Virus record (IMG/VR): IMGVR_UViG_3300020577_005397
Coordinates: 2,746-66,745 of that record
Origin: a virus
Taxonomy: Duplodnaviria; Caudoviricetes
Direction: 5' to 3' (one strand)
DNA: 64,000 nucleotides
The notes beneath the pieces are model-generated. The model made no database searches, had not been told where the DNA came from, and was given only the letters and a program-made list of their open reading frames with translations. The stretch's first letter is position 1, and each line of letters starts with the position of its first letter. A program made the position numbers and the translations under genes. Shown one piece after another: positions 44,177-53,992 of the stretch.

Positions 44177-45234
44177 TAGTAGCCTTCCAGACACACGAAT
44201 GACACTGAGGGCTCTTCGGCCCCTTGCCACTGGATAGAGTAGCCTGCCACGGTCATCGAGTACATGTTGTTGTTGTGCAGGATGGTCAGGCTGTCCCCGT
44301 ACCCAATCTTCTTTCCCCAGAAGTTAGACACTGGTCCAGCCCCTTCGATGATGAGGCCAGTGCGGGGGCGGCGCTCCTGATAGTTCGATTGAGCCGCCAC
44401 TTCCAGTGCGTCGAGATCATCCTCGTTTCCAAGCGGGACAATCTCTTCCTTGAAGAAGAAAGGGTTAGCCGCAGTGATAACCGGAGTCGTAGTGGGGTAG
44501 GTCGAGTATAGGGCAAGGCTCCCATCTCCCGAGCCCAGTGCCGTGACTTTCTCTGCCGCACCATCCGCCTTATGGCTCTCTCGGATGGAGAACCCGTATC
44601 GAGAGAGCTGGGCGGACGTGATAGTGTGTTCGCGGCCCATGCGTCGAGCCACAACTGCCCGGAACTCATTCCCACCCAGTGGGGACACGATCAGGTCCAC
44701 CACAAACGGGTTATCTGTTGCCCGGCCATAGGACATGAGATCGGCGAACACATCCCACAGTTTCTTCCAGGCCACCTCACCTTCCCATGCGGAGAATCCC
44801 ACCAGGAGGGAGCCTGGAGTGCTGTAGAGCTGGAGACCAGGGACGTTCCGGTAGGTCTGCGCCGAAGAGATCATCTGCTCATTGATGATCTCTGCCGCAA
44901 CGCTTTGTGGGTAGTCTATCTTGTACCCCTGGGCTGTGTCGTTGTACGCAAACACAAACCTCTTCTCGTACAGGTACTTCCCGTCCTTGGCTGCAACGCT
45001 CAGCAGCCGCTGATCTCCGACAGCCACTTCTTCTGTGTCCGTGACGATCCACAGCGTTTCAGACTCTCCCGGCATGTCCACCACGATCCGGTAGTCTGGA
45101 GCGATGACACGCGGGATCTTGCAGGTGACTTCCAGCGTTCCAACCTGATCGATGTGCCTACTGATTGAGCACGACACCTCCTCCAGACGTTGGAGGGTTC
45201 GACCGCTAGGATCGCACAGGTACAGGGGGATCAT
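44176..45234 (-). CDS. Minor tail (hub/Tal-like) protein
   Basis: Follows Dit; KIGYGDSLT C-terminal pattern. Confidence 0.7.
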   Translation of the reverse strand: MIPLYLCDPSGRTLQRLEEVSCSISRHIDQVGTLEVTCKIPRVIAPDYRIVVDMPGESETLWIVTDTEEVAVGDQRLLSVAAKDGKYLYEKRFVFAYNDTAQGYKIDYPQSVAAEIINEQMISSAQTYRNVPGLQLYSTPGSLLVGFSAWEGEVAWKKLWDVFADLMSYGRATDNPFVVDLIVSPLGGNEFRAVVARRMGREHTITSAQLSRYGFSIRESHKADGAAEKVTALGSGDGSLALYSTYPTTTPVITAANPFFFKEEIVPLGNEDDLDALEVAAQSNYQERRPRTGLIIEGAGPVSNFWGKKIGYGDSLTILHNNNMYSMTVAGYSIQWQGAEEPSVSFVCLEGY

Positions 45235-48131
45235 TAGATGGTGCCCTTCTCGATGGTGAGCGCCGATGTCGGCACGATCATTTCCACCAGCGGAACGAAC
45301 AGATCGTCCGTGAGCCCGCCAGAGTAAGTGGCCTCGTAGACAATCACATGGCCGGAAACGGTAGAACCTCCAGCCGCTGCCGCCGACAGAACCCGCACGC
45401 TGGAGTTAGGAGTAGCCACAGCCGTCGTCGAGGCCGTAGCCAGATTGAACGAGTAGTTGCCCGAAGTGCTGCTGTGGCGGGACTGGATGGTCATCGTTCC
45501 GCCTGTCACGCTGAACCGGATGCGCCCCGTGAAACGGTAGGTGTACAGGTTCTCCAGTTCAACGTGCCGGATCGCATTCGCCCAGGCCAGGGACAGGGAG
45601 GTGGTGTAGGGAGCCCACAACGTGTTGACCTGGGTGACGATACTGTTCACCCCAGGATCGAGAGTGAACACCCCGCTCGGCCCCCGGTTCTCTAGAAGCA
45701 CAAAGTCTTCGGGCAGGAACGGGTCCATCGGGTCGAACGACAGTTCCTCACCGGGCCGCAGAGTGCCGCTGATCGCAAGGCTCGATCCATTCGTCTCATT
45801 GATGATCCTACCGACGTAGGTGATTGCCCCGCCACCCACAAAGCGGATGATGGGCGACAGCCTCACTGACGACGGGTTCGTGATTGTCGTCTGAATGGGC
45901 AGGGTTCGATAGGGGTTGTTATAGCTCTCCCGCACCAGCTCCCAGTTCTCACTGGCGTACATGCGGCGAGCTACCGAGGGCAACAGTTTCCCGTCCGCGC
46001 TGTATTCCACGGACCCTGACAGCAGTCGGTTCTTGTAGGTGAAGTTCGTTCGCCCACCATATAGAGCTGTCTCTTGCGGAGACCAGCCATGCGTGTTGCC
46101 GAACTTGTCTGTGAAGGCGAGGTGGGCATTGCTGGGGTCGCCGGTCAGGGAGTTATCGGGGACCTGAACCACGCGCTGGTTCTGGATGTCCGAGATCTCC
46201 AGCACGTAGGGGGTGTAGCTGCTTGATCCCTGGGCATAGAAGGCATAGGGAACGCCCACACCCTTGGCTCGCTTTATCAGATTGTCAACGACGTAGCTCT
46301 CGGTAGAGTGCGTGCTGTTCTCGTCCAGGTAGGCCATCGGGGAGAAGGCAGGCGTGCCCGCTTCGTTGTACGTGAGCTTGCTGACGATGACCCGATCATC
46401 TCCCACACCGCCCACCGAAGTGAGCATACGCAGGTAGACATTCCCGCTGTCGTCCGTCTCGATCTGAGGGCGCGGGTTGCTGGACGTATCCCCGAAGTAG
46501 GCGTTCGAGTTGATCCCGGTAGCCGTGTTGAAGAAGGTGTCCGTGTAGAAGACCGAGCTGGCACAGGTGAAGTCACTGCCTGCCGAAACACCGCCGAAGG
46601 TGACGTTGGCCGTCGTGGTGAACCACAGCCGCGTGCCTTCGGCACGTACCCGCGTGATCTCCACATTCGCGTTGGAGCTGGTCATCGCACCGATGGTTGT
46701 CAGAGATCCGGTGCGGCTGCTCCACAGACAGATCCCCGTGGCCGGAGCCGAGAACTTTCCGTAGATCAGCACGTCCCCGTTCTTCATGGGGATAATGCCA
46801 TTGACATCCGCCTGTAGTCCGTGGGTCACAGCAAAGGCGGTGGGATAACCAGAACCTTTGTAGAGACGATAGATGTAGCGTGATGTGGCAGACGGGGTAA
46901 CGGAGTTCTGGTAGGCCAGCACGTCGGCAGGCTTGCCCCACACCCACAGGTTCCCCTCGGCATCTTCGACAGCGCCTCCCTCAACCAGAGAGTACAGAGT
47001 GCCCGAGCCCGTCGTTCGCGCCGAGCGATAGGGCTGGTTCTTGTAGCGGAAAGCGTACCTATCGTAGCTGAACGTCACCGGAACAGCCGGATCATTCGTG
47101 GAAGCCAAGGCCCCAAGGGTTTTGACGTTCAGGCTCGAAGGGGCATAGTAGATCAGGGGGTCGAGCTGACGGAAGTCAAGACTGATGTCCTGGCTGTAGT
47201 TCGTCGTCCGCTGGATGCCCAGACCGCCCGTGTACGTACACTGGATGAAGCCCCAGTCCCCGATCCACTGATCGCACTTAGAGCGGCGGTGGCCGAGCAC
47301 GAAGGAGGTTCCCTTGCCACTGATCGCGGCAATCAATGCCGCCTTCTTGCGGTCCAGGTTAGCCGAGGAGGCGTCTGTGATCGAGCCCGTGATGGAGAAG
47401 TCCTTGGCTACTGGTGTCGAGGAAAGCAAACGATCCTCGCCTGTTGGCAAGGTAATCGTGTTGTTCTGGGGGTTCTCGTAGCCGAGGCCCACCACCGACG
47501 ACATGACAAAGCCATAGTCCGATAGCGGGGTCATCTTCAGCATGAGTCCGGGAGCCGCCACGTAGGGAGGCTGCTGAGAACTCAGGTCGAAGATTTTGAG
47601 GGCCGCTGCCTGGGGCATCGGGATGTGCAGATCGATGGGGGTCGAGGTCACGCAGATGTTATCGACCAGCACATCTCCGGTGCAGGTGAAGCGAAGAACG
47701 TGGGTAATGCCGGTGGGGACGTAGTTGAACTGGATCTGCGTCCACTCCCCCAGGGTCACGGTCGTGATCTTGGAAGACAGTGTTCCGCCACCGTAGGAGG
47801 CCGCCATCTGTACGGTCAGGCTGGCCGTGGCACCCGAGGCGGACTTCGCATCGAAGGTCAGATAGCACCGCTGGTAGCCTGTGATAGAACCATCCGTTGG
47901 AGACTCTAGGGTCTGCCACAGCACGTTGCCGGACGGTATCCGGGCCGCGTGTCCACCGTACTTCCCGGTCTCAAGCCAGCCGTCCAGGGCGAACCCCCAG
48001 AAGTCCTGGCCGATCTCGAACCCTCCGTTCCTGATGTAGTTCTTCGTGTCCACTTGGGACACGATGTAGAACTCACTTCTATCTTCGATGTAGCGGGCAT
48101 CTTGGTCCCGAGGGATGAAGACATTTGCCAT
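45234..48131 (-). CDS. Large distal tail (Dit-like) protein with inserted binding/propeller-like domains
   Basis: After TMP; NYIRNGGFE CBM-like start; DFRQLDPLIY and TLDPGVN Dit-like segments. Confidence 0.7.
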   Translation of the reverse strand: MANVFIPRDQDARYIEDRSEFYIVSQVDTKNYIRNGGFEIGQDFWGFALDGWLETGKYGGHAARIPSGNVLWQTLESPTDGSITGYQRCYLTFDAKSASGATASLTVQMAASYGGGTLSSKITTVTLGEWTQIQFNYVPTGITHVLRFTCTGDVLVDNICVTSTPIDLHIPMPQAAALKIFDLSSQQPPYVAAPGLMLKMTPLSDYGFVMSSVVGLGYENPQNNTITLPTGEDRLLSSTPVAKDFSITGSITDASSANLDRKKAALIAAISGKGTSFVLGHRRSKCDQWIGDWGFIQCTYTGGLGIQRTTNYSQDISLDFRQLDPLIYYAPSSLNVKTLGALASTNDPAVPVTFSYDRYAFRYKNQPYRSARTTGSGTLYSLVEGGAVEDAEGNLWVWGKPADVLAYQNSVTPSATSRYIYRLYKGSGYPTAFAVTHGLQADVNGIIPMKNGDVLIYGKFSAPATGICLWSSRTGSLTTIGAMTSSNANVEITRVRAEGTRLWFTTTANVTFGGVSAGSDFTCASSVFYTDTFFNTATGINSNAYFGDTSSNPRPQIETDDSGNVYLRMLTSVGGVGDDRVIVSKLTYNEAGTPAFSPMAYLDENSTHSTESYVVDNLIKRAKGVGVPYAFYAQGSSSYTPYVLEISDIQNQRVVQVPDNSLTGDPSNAHLAFTDKFGNTHGWSPQETALYGGRTNFTYKNRLLSGSVEYSADGKLLPSVARRMYASENWELVRESYNNPYRTLPIQTTITNPSSVRLSPIIRFVGGGAITYVGRIINETNGSSLAISGTLRPGEELSFDPMDPFLPEDFVLLENRGPSGVFTLDPGVNSIVTQVNTLWAPYTTSLSLAWANAIRHVELENLYTYRFTGRIRFSVTGGTMTIQSRHSSTSGNYSFNLATASTTAVATPNSSVRVLSAAAAGGSTVSGHVIVYEATYSGGLTDDLFVPLVEMIVPTSALTIEKGTI

Positions 48132-48134
48132 GAC

Positions 48135-51100
48135 TTAGACCGCCGTGAACTGCATTTGCCGGAACGAGTTAGCGAGCACGTTTCGGCTCTGCGAGGATTG
48201 GACCTGAAGCTGGTAGTTGTTCGTGATGTTCGTTGTCTGCTCCACGTTCGGGGTAGACGAGGACTTTCCCGGAGTGCCTGGGGTGGACTGGAAGCTGGGG
48301 ATCTCGATGAAGTCGATGGTTGCCACATCCGGGAGCCAGGGGATGGCGTTATACGTCTCGATGAGTTTGTTGACCAGAGCGATCATGTCGTTGACGTATC
48401 CTGCGCCCTGCTGATAGGCATCGCGCATAGCGTCCACGATGGAGGTCTTGACGTTCTGGAACATGGTGTGGAGCTTGTCGTACCACGGCCCGAAGGTCGT
48501 CTCCGTCTCCACCACCCAGGCCCCGAAGAGCCGAATGACCTCATCCTTAGCATCCTGCACGTAGCCGATGACTTCGGTTTTCATCGTCTCGAAGTCACCC
48601 GTCACCCCGCCCTTGATGAGCGAGGCGCTGATGAGCACCAGGGTCGAGAGAACCGTGAACGCCATCGCAATACCGCTCTTCGCTGCCTGCGAGTCTGCCA
48701 GGGCGAGGTTCAGGGCGTCCCCGAAATCGATGTTGAACTTCTTCATCGTTCCCATGACGCTCAGGCCAATCCCGCCCACTACCGCAGACCCCACACCGCC
48801 CAGCAGCGCGTTCTGCACGCTCTCGGGCAAGGTGTCCCAGGCTTTCTTCATGCGATTTATATTGCGCTCCATCACGTCTGCCACCATGACGCTGGAGGGG
48901 TTGATCCCGGTGATGATCGTCACCAGATAGCTGGTATTGAAGTCGTTGACCGCCCCTTCGACACCCTTCCAGAACTCATCCCAGTCTTTCTGGAAGAGGG
49001 CCATCTCATCTCGCCACGGCTTGAAGATGTCCCACTTCTCGGACTTCTGCTTGCCCGTGAAGGGCTCCTCTCCACCGAGCAGACTCATGATGTCATCAAT
49101 GGCATCGCCTGCCGCCCCCGCCGCGTCCGTGAGGGCCTTGGTCAGATCCTTGAGCGCGTCCTGCTGATCGTTGATGAGATCATTCTGCTGCTGGTAGAAG
49201 TCCAGCATCATCTTCGCAGCGGCGAGCTGCTCGTTCCGCTTGTCCTGCTCCAGCTTGGCCGCGTCCAGTGCAGCCTGAGCAGCGGACACCTTAGCGTCCC
49301 GCTCCTCTTCCACCGCTCGCTTTGTCTTCGTGAGCCGCAGCTCTTCGATGCGAGCCCGAGCCTGGGCCTTGCGGTCCGCGCTCGTGAACTGGCTGTTCAA
49401 GATCAGGTTGAGCTTGCGAATTTCGACATCATCGGTGATATCTTGCTGGGTATTCTGAAGTGCCTTGATCCGGGCGTCCAGATCCCCCAGAACGTTCTCG
49501 TAGTATTTCGTGATGTTGGCGAGATTGCGCTCGGCCTTCGCCACTGCATTTGTCGCGGTCTGTGCGTTGAGCAGGGCCGTGACGTAGTTCTGGACGATGG
49601 GAGCAGCCGAACCGAACATGCCGACGATCCGGTTCTGGATGTCGGTGATTCCGCTCCCGCTGGCGTATCCCTTGATGAGATCGCCCAGGGCCTCATTGAG
49701 CCCCATCAGGGCTGTCGGCAGGACGGCCTTGTCCTCGATGTTTGCCATCAGCCCACGCATCAACCCACCCAGGTCGCTGCTGAGGGTGGAGAAGACGCTG
49801 TTGGCGTCGGCCTGGGTGAAGCCGAGGAGCCACTGCTCCATCGTCTCCTTGCCCCAGTCATCGATGTCGGGCAGGATCAGCGGAGGCGAATGGGGCTTCA
49901 GGAACTTCATGACGAGCCGCCCGATGTTCGCCAGCGCCTTCAGCACCTCGCGGCCAGCACGGATGATACCGTTCCCGTACTGCACCATGAGGTTATAGCC
50001 CCAAGAGAAGGCATTCTTGGATTTGTCCAGTCCCTGCTTGACCTTCTTGGTTACGTCCTGGTCAAGCGAGCCGAACATCCAGTCCATCGCGCCCTTGAAC
50101 GCATTCCCCAACTGCTTACCCCAGTCCCGGATGGTTCCGATGGTACGGGGGTTCGTGAAGAAGTCCACGACTTGCTGTAGGCGCGGGATGAGGGCACCGA
50201 AGAGACCTTCCATCTCACCGGTCGCATAGTTGATGGGGCCGAAGAACTCCTGAAGGAGCATCGGCCCGATGTCGCCCAGGGACGAGAGCAGACCCGTGAA
50301 GGTCGTCATCGAGGCGCGTTGACCCGCACCTTCGAACTCAGCGAACAGTTCCTTCAGGGCAGGCAGCAAGACCTCGGTCGTGAGCTTGCCTTCCTTCGCC
50401 ATGTTGGCGAACTCTTGCTTCGTCACTCCGAGCTTTTCTTGCAGCTTGGTCATGAGCGGGAGGCCCGAGTTGACCAACTGCCGGATCTCTTCGCCTGTTG
50501 CTCGCCCGCGTGCAATGATCTGGGCCACGGCCAGCGAAGCCCGGCTGGCCTCAGCGCCCGTCACCATGAAGGCCGAGGAAAGGTCGATCATACCCTTCGT
50601 CAGCTTGGCCGCTTCCGCTCGCGTCAGACCGTAGGCCGCATACGTTCGGTAGATGTCCTGAACGTCAGAGATGCTGAACGGGCTGTAGATGGCGAGCTGT
50701 CGAACGACCGCGAGGTACTTAGACGCTTCGCGGCGGGCCGCAGCCATCGCCGCAGCCGGGTCCATGCCCTTCGACTGGTTTTCGAGAGAACCCTGGGTGG
50801 TGAGGCTGATGAACAGCCGCTCCACTCCTGCAACGGAATCGACCGCCGTCTTGATCCCGTTCTGGATCGTGTTGACGAACCACAAGGCCGTGTCGCGCAG
50901 TAGCACGCCGACCGCTACTTGCAGGCTCCGACCAATCCAGTTGATGGCCGAGCCCATCGCGTTCTTGAACGCATCCGCAGCCCCGGTCAGCCCCTTGGAC
51001 ACGTAGGCCCCGAGCTTGCCGAGAATACTGCCCGGACCCGTGATCCCGGACAGCAGGCCCTGCATGGTCTTGAGGATGTTGGGGCCACCCCAGTCATTGA

Positions 51101-51626
51101 CAGACTGAGTGGTCGCGGCCATCATGCCCTGCGGGGCACCGTTCAGCCAGCTCAGGCCCGAGCGGATCTTGGCTTCGTTAGCCAGCCGGATCTTGAACTT
51201 CGCATCCTCGGCCCGCTCTACAGCCTTGACCTGAGCGTCCAGGTTCCTCTGCTCGTCAGCCAGCTTGGCGGCTTCAACCTTGGCCTTGAGCGCCCTGGCC
51301 TTCTCCTCCTGCTTGAAGAGGTTGTTGGCCTTCTGCTGCTCAAGGGCAGCACCCCTGGCAACGTTCTTCTGCTCTTCGTTGAACCGGCCCAGCAGCTCCT
51401 TAGCCGCCTCCCTGCCCATGCGCATTTGGAGACGGAGCTGATCGCTCAGGCGCTTCTCTGCCGCCTTGAGCTTGCGAGCCTCAGCAGCCTCGGCCTGACG
51501 AACGCTTTGATTCTGGATAACCCCCAGTTGCTTCGCGGCAGCTCTGGAGTCAGCCAGGAGTTTCTGAATGCCCTTTGGATCGTACTCTGTACGAATGACG
51601 ATCTTAGGATCTCGTCCGTCAGCCAT
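48135..51626 (-). CDS. Tape measure protein
   Basis: 1163 aa helical; LAIYSPF, GEEIRQL, TTFTGLLSSLGD tape-measure domain motifs. Confidence 0.92.
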   Translation of the reverse strand: MADGRDPKIVIRTEYDPKGIQKLLADSRAAAKQLGVIQNQSVRQAEAAEARKLKAAEKRLSDQLRLQMRMGREAAKELLGRFNEEQKNVARGAALEQQKANNLFKQEEKARALKAKVEAAKLADEQRNLDAQVKAVERAEDAKFKIRLANEAKIRSGLSWLNGAPQGMMAATTQSVNDWGGPNILKTMQGLLSGITGPGSILGKLGAYVSKGLTGAADAFKNAMGSAINWIGRSLQVAVGVLLRDTALWFVNTIQNGIKTAVDSVAGVERLFISLTTQGSLENQSKGMDPAAAMAAARREASKYLAVVRQLAIYSPFSISDVQDIYRTYAAYGLTRAEAAKLTKGMIDLSSAFMVTGAEASRASLAVAQIIARGRATGEEIRQLVNSGLPLMTKLQEKLGVTKQEFANMAKEGKLTTEVLLPALKELFAEFEGAGQRASMTTFTGLLSSLGDIGPMLLQEFFGPINYATGEMEGLFGALIPRLQQVVDFFTNPRTIGTIRDWGKQLGNAFKGAMDWMFGSLDQDVTKKVKQGLDKSKNAFSWGYNLMVQYGNGIIRAGREVLKALANIGRLVMKFLKPHSPPLILPDIDDWGKETMEQWLLGFTQADANSVFSTLSSDLGGLMRGLMANIEDKAVLPTALMGLNEALGDLIKGYASGSGITDIQNRIVGMFGSAAPIVQNYVTALLNAQTATNAVAKAERNLANITKYYENVLGDLDARIKALQNTQQDITDDVEIRKLNLILNSQFTSADRKAQARARIEELRLTKTKRAVEEERDAKVSAAQAALDAAKLEQDKRNEQLAAAKMMLDFYQQQNDLINDQQDALKDLTKALTDAAGAAGDAIDDIMSLLGGEEPFTGKQKSEKWDIFKPWRDEMALFQKDWDEFWKGVEGAVNDFNTSYLVTIITGINPSSVMVADVMERNINRMKKAWDTLPESVQNALLGGVGSAVVGGIGLSVMGTMKKFNIDFGDALNLALADSQAAKSGIAMAFTVLSTLVLISASLIKGGVTGDFETMKTEVIGYVQDAKDEVIRLFGAWVVETETTFGPWYDKLHTMFQNVKTSIVDAMRDAYQQGAGYVNDMIALVNKLIETYNAIPWLPDVATIDFIEIPSFQSTPGTPGKSSSTPNVEQTTNITNNYQLQVQSSQSRNVLANSFRQMQFTAV

Positions 51627-51632
51627 GCCTCA

Positions 51633-51914
51633 CTACCTTTGCGCAGACTTGCGCTTCGCCTGTCTGGTCGCGTCATCGTTGGCGACTGCTTCCATCATGT
51701 TGCTGATTCTGTACAGTGCCACGACCTCAGACTGCTGGTATCCATCCAACGCACAAAACCCCTCCCACGTATAGTTGGCCCACTGAGCGGCCAGCCGATG
51801 CTCCACTTCAGCTACGTAGCTGAAGTCGGAAGGCGGCAACCTATACGAGAAGAGGGGTCGGCCCTTGAAAGTGGGGTTCCACCGTTCGATTGTGTCGTCA
51901 ATCGCTTTTGGGGG
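51633..51914 (-). CDS. Tail assembly chaperone frameshift extension (T-like)
   Basis: +1 frame open from CCCCCAAAA at 51906-51914 to 51633; no good SD at the TTG. Confidence 0.65.
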   Translation of the reverse strand, partial: PPKAIDDTIERWNPTFKGRPLFSYRLPPSDFSYVAEVEHRLAAQWANYTWEGFCALDGYQQSEVVALYRISNMMEAVANDDATRQAKRKSAQR

Positions 51915-52344
51915 TGGGCACGGATAGGCCCAGCACCTCCTGCATCAGTTCGGTGAGATCGCCCACCGTCGGGGCGGCGACATAGTAAACCCACTGCTCC
52001 AGCTCGGTATCGCCCGAGGGCTCAATGCCGAGTTCCTTCATCACGAGCAGCACGTTCTGGAGTTCGGCGCGATCTTCGTCAGTCAGGGTGTAAACGACAC
52101 CCAACCGGACCAGGATCTTCTGCGAGAGCTTCATCTGCGCGACTTGCTGGTCTTCGAGCGCCTGGAGGTAATCCGGGTGCGCGTAGTTGGGCTCCAGCCG
52201 GACCTTGCCATCCAGCTCCACTTCTTGCATCGGGGGCTTCGGAGACTTGATCGTGGCTTGCGCGTCTTGCATCAATTGCTGAGGCACACGGCGCACTTGC
52301 ACCGCAATGCCGGAACCAGGGAACGTAAAGGGCTTGGTATCCAT
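51898..52344 (-). CDS. Tail assembly chaperone (G-like)
   Basis: Between the tail tube gene and TMP. Confidence 0.75.
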   Translation of the reverse strand: MDTKPFTFPGSGIAVQVRRVPQQLMQDAQATIKSPKPPMQEVELDGKVRLEPNYAHPDYLQALEDQQVAQMKLSQKILVRLGVVYTLTDEDRAELQNVLLVMKELGIEPSGDTELEQWVYYVAAPTVGDLTELMQEVLGLSVPTPKSD

Positions 52345-52391
52345 CCGTCAGTGACTTTCTGCCCATCAGGGCGAGGGGAGAGGGGTACATT

Positions 52392-52422
52392 GGGAGGGAG
52401 GATTTAGCTCCTCCTCCCTCCC
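52392..52422 (-). terminator. 11-bp hairpin after the tail tube gene
   Basis: GGGAGGGAGGA/TCCTCCCTCCC; no U tract. Confidence 0.5.
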
Positions 52423-52434
52423 GTCCAGACAGAA

Positions 52435-53970
52435 TTAGCGGGCGCTCGAAGCGCCGATCACGATGATGCCATCCGTGCCACCGGAGCCGAGGCCGCCGAG
52501 GGCAATGCGATTGGCCGCAATCGAGATGTGAGCGTTCGGGATCGCCACGCGATTGAAACGATTGACGGTCGGCAGGTTCTGGATGCGCGGAGCCGCGTAG
52601 GCCCAGTCCTTGCCACCGTTCCAGGTCGAGAAGACGCGGCCCAGAGGAGCAGCCGTGTCGTGCAGGATGAAGCCGACTTCATCGTTAGCGAACACGATGT
52701 CGCGGACCTGTCCGGCACCATTGCCCGAGAAGCCCTGCTGCGCCCAGGTCTCGCCACCGTCCAGCGTGTAGACCACGCGCCCGTTGGCTCCACCGACCCA
52801 GTAACGCTGCTTGTCGAGCACAGCCACGGCCTGGATGTTCGTCGAGGTCGAGAACGCAGCCGCAGTCGTGACCGAGAAGCTGACGCCCCGGTTCACACTC
52901 TTGATGACGGTGCTGGACGCGCCGACCGCCACAATCGTGTCATCCTCGGCGTCGATGCGGAGCAGGTTGTTGGCCGTGACCGAACCCGCAGCACCCGTCG
53001 CCGTCACGCCAGCCGTGATGTCCGAGGACTTGTAGACGTAGCCACCGTTGCACGCAAAGTAAACTTCGCGGGCGGACAGGGCAACCACGTCGTTCGGGGC
53101 CTGAGCCAGCGTCACCTTCGTGAAGGTGCCCGGCACGCCCCGGCTGTTCAGGTCGGCCCAGAAGTAGCCCGACTCCGCGTTCGAGACCACGATCAGGCGA
53201 TTGCCAGCGATCTCGATAGCGTTGACCGCACTCGCCGCAGCGATGCCGTCAATGCTCTTCTCCAGCCACGTCGCCCCGCCGTCCAGCGAGTACACGACCT
53301 CAGCCGGGAGACCCGGAGAGCCCGCGCCCGAAGTCGTGGCGATGGCGTAGACGCGCTGGGTGCCGTCATCCGTCGCACCGCAGTCGCCGCAGCTCTCGCT
53401 GCCGCCGTACACGATGTCGATGACCTCGCGGTCAACCTGAGCGCCCGCGACCTCACCGAACGACAGAGCGCCAATCGGGAACACGTCCGTCAGCGTGACG
53501 CTGAGGCTGTCTTCCAGAACGGTGTCCGTGTCCCACGGCGAACGATTGCCCAGGTCCTTGCTGGTCACGACGGCCCCACCGAGCACCAGAACGTAATCGC
53601 TCCAGCCGCCCGTGAAGTCCGACAGGTCCACACACGCGCCGTGGTTCATGTACAGGTTGAACCCACAGCCCTGCTTCTGAAGTTGCGAGGGGATGCCGCC
53701 GTGCCGCTCCATCAACTTGATGGTGGCCGTGGGCAGATCGCCCGGAGAGTAGGTCCGCGAGATCAGGCGATAGGAACCCGACTTGCGGGGGTCATGCACA
53801 TACCGGGGCTCGATGGTGCCAAGCTCGCTCACCGTCAGAGCTTCGACAGCAATGTACGAGCTGTCCTGCCCCGCGAACTGAGCGGCGTTGTTCGGGCGAG
53901 CCTGCCCGAACTGGATATAGGTTCGGACGTGGCGGCTAGAAACCACCTCATCCGCATTCGGCTTTGCCAT
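52435..53970 (-). CDS. Major tail protein with a C-terminal Asp-box/BNR beta-propeller
   Basis: Position; high codon bias; SLDGGATW, TLDGGETW, TWNGGKDW, SVNRGVSF. Confidence 0.75.
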   Translation of the reverse strand: MAKPNADEVVSSRHVRTYIQFGQARPNNAAQFAGQDSSYIAVEALTVSELGTIEPRYVHDPRKSGSYRLISRTYSPGDLPTATIKLMERHGGIPSQLQKQGCGFNLYMNHGACVDLSDFTGGWSDYVLVLGGAVVTSKDLGNRSPWDTDTVLEDSLSVTLTDVFPIGALSFGEVAGAQVDREVIDIVYGGSESCGDCGATDDGTQRVYAIATTSGAGSPGLPAEVVYSLDGGATWLEKSIDGIAAASAVNAIEIAGNRLIVVSNAESGYFWADLNSRGVPGTFTKVTLAQAPNDVVALSAREVYFACNGGYVYKSSDITAGVTATGAAGSVTANNLLRIDAEDDTIVAVGASSTVIKSVNRGVSFSVTTAAAFSTSTNIQAVAVLDKQRYWVGGANGRVVYTLDGGETWAQQGFSGNGAGQVRDIVFANDEVGFILHDTAAPLGRVFSTWNGGKDWAYAAPRIQNLPTVNRFNRVAIPNAHISIAANRIALGGLGSGGTDGIIVIGASSAR

Positions 53971-53992
53971 TGTTGAGATCTCCTAATGAGTG

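Noticed and set aside
47949-53976. Long plus-strand ORFs 47949..50180, 50919..51956 and 52528..53976
   Set aside because: Antisense shadows of TMP and the tail tube gene; no motifs or SDs
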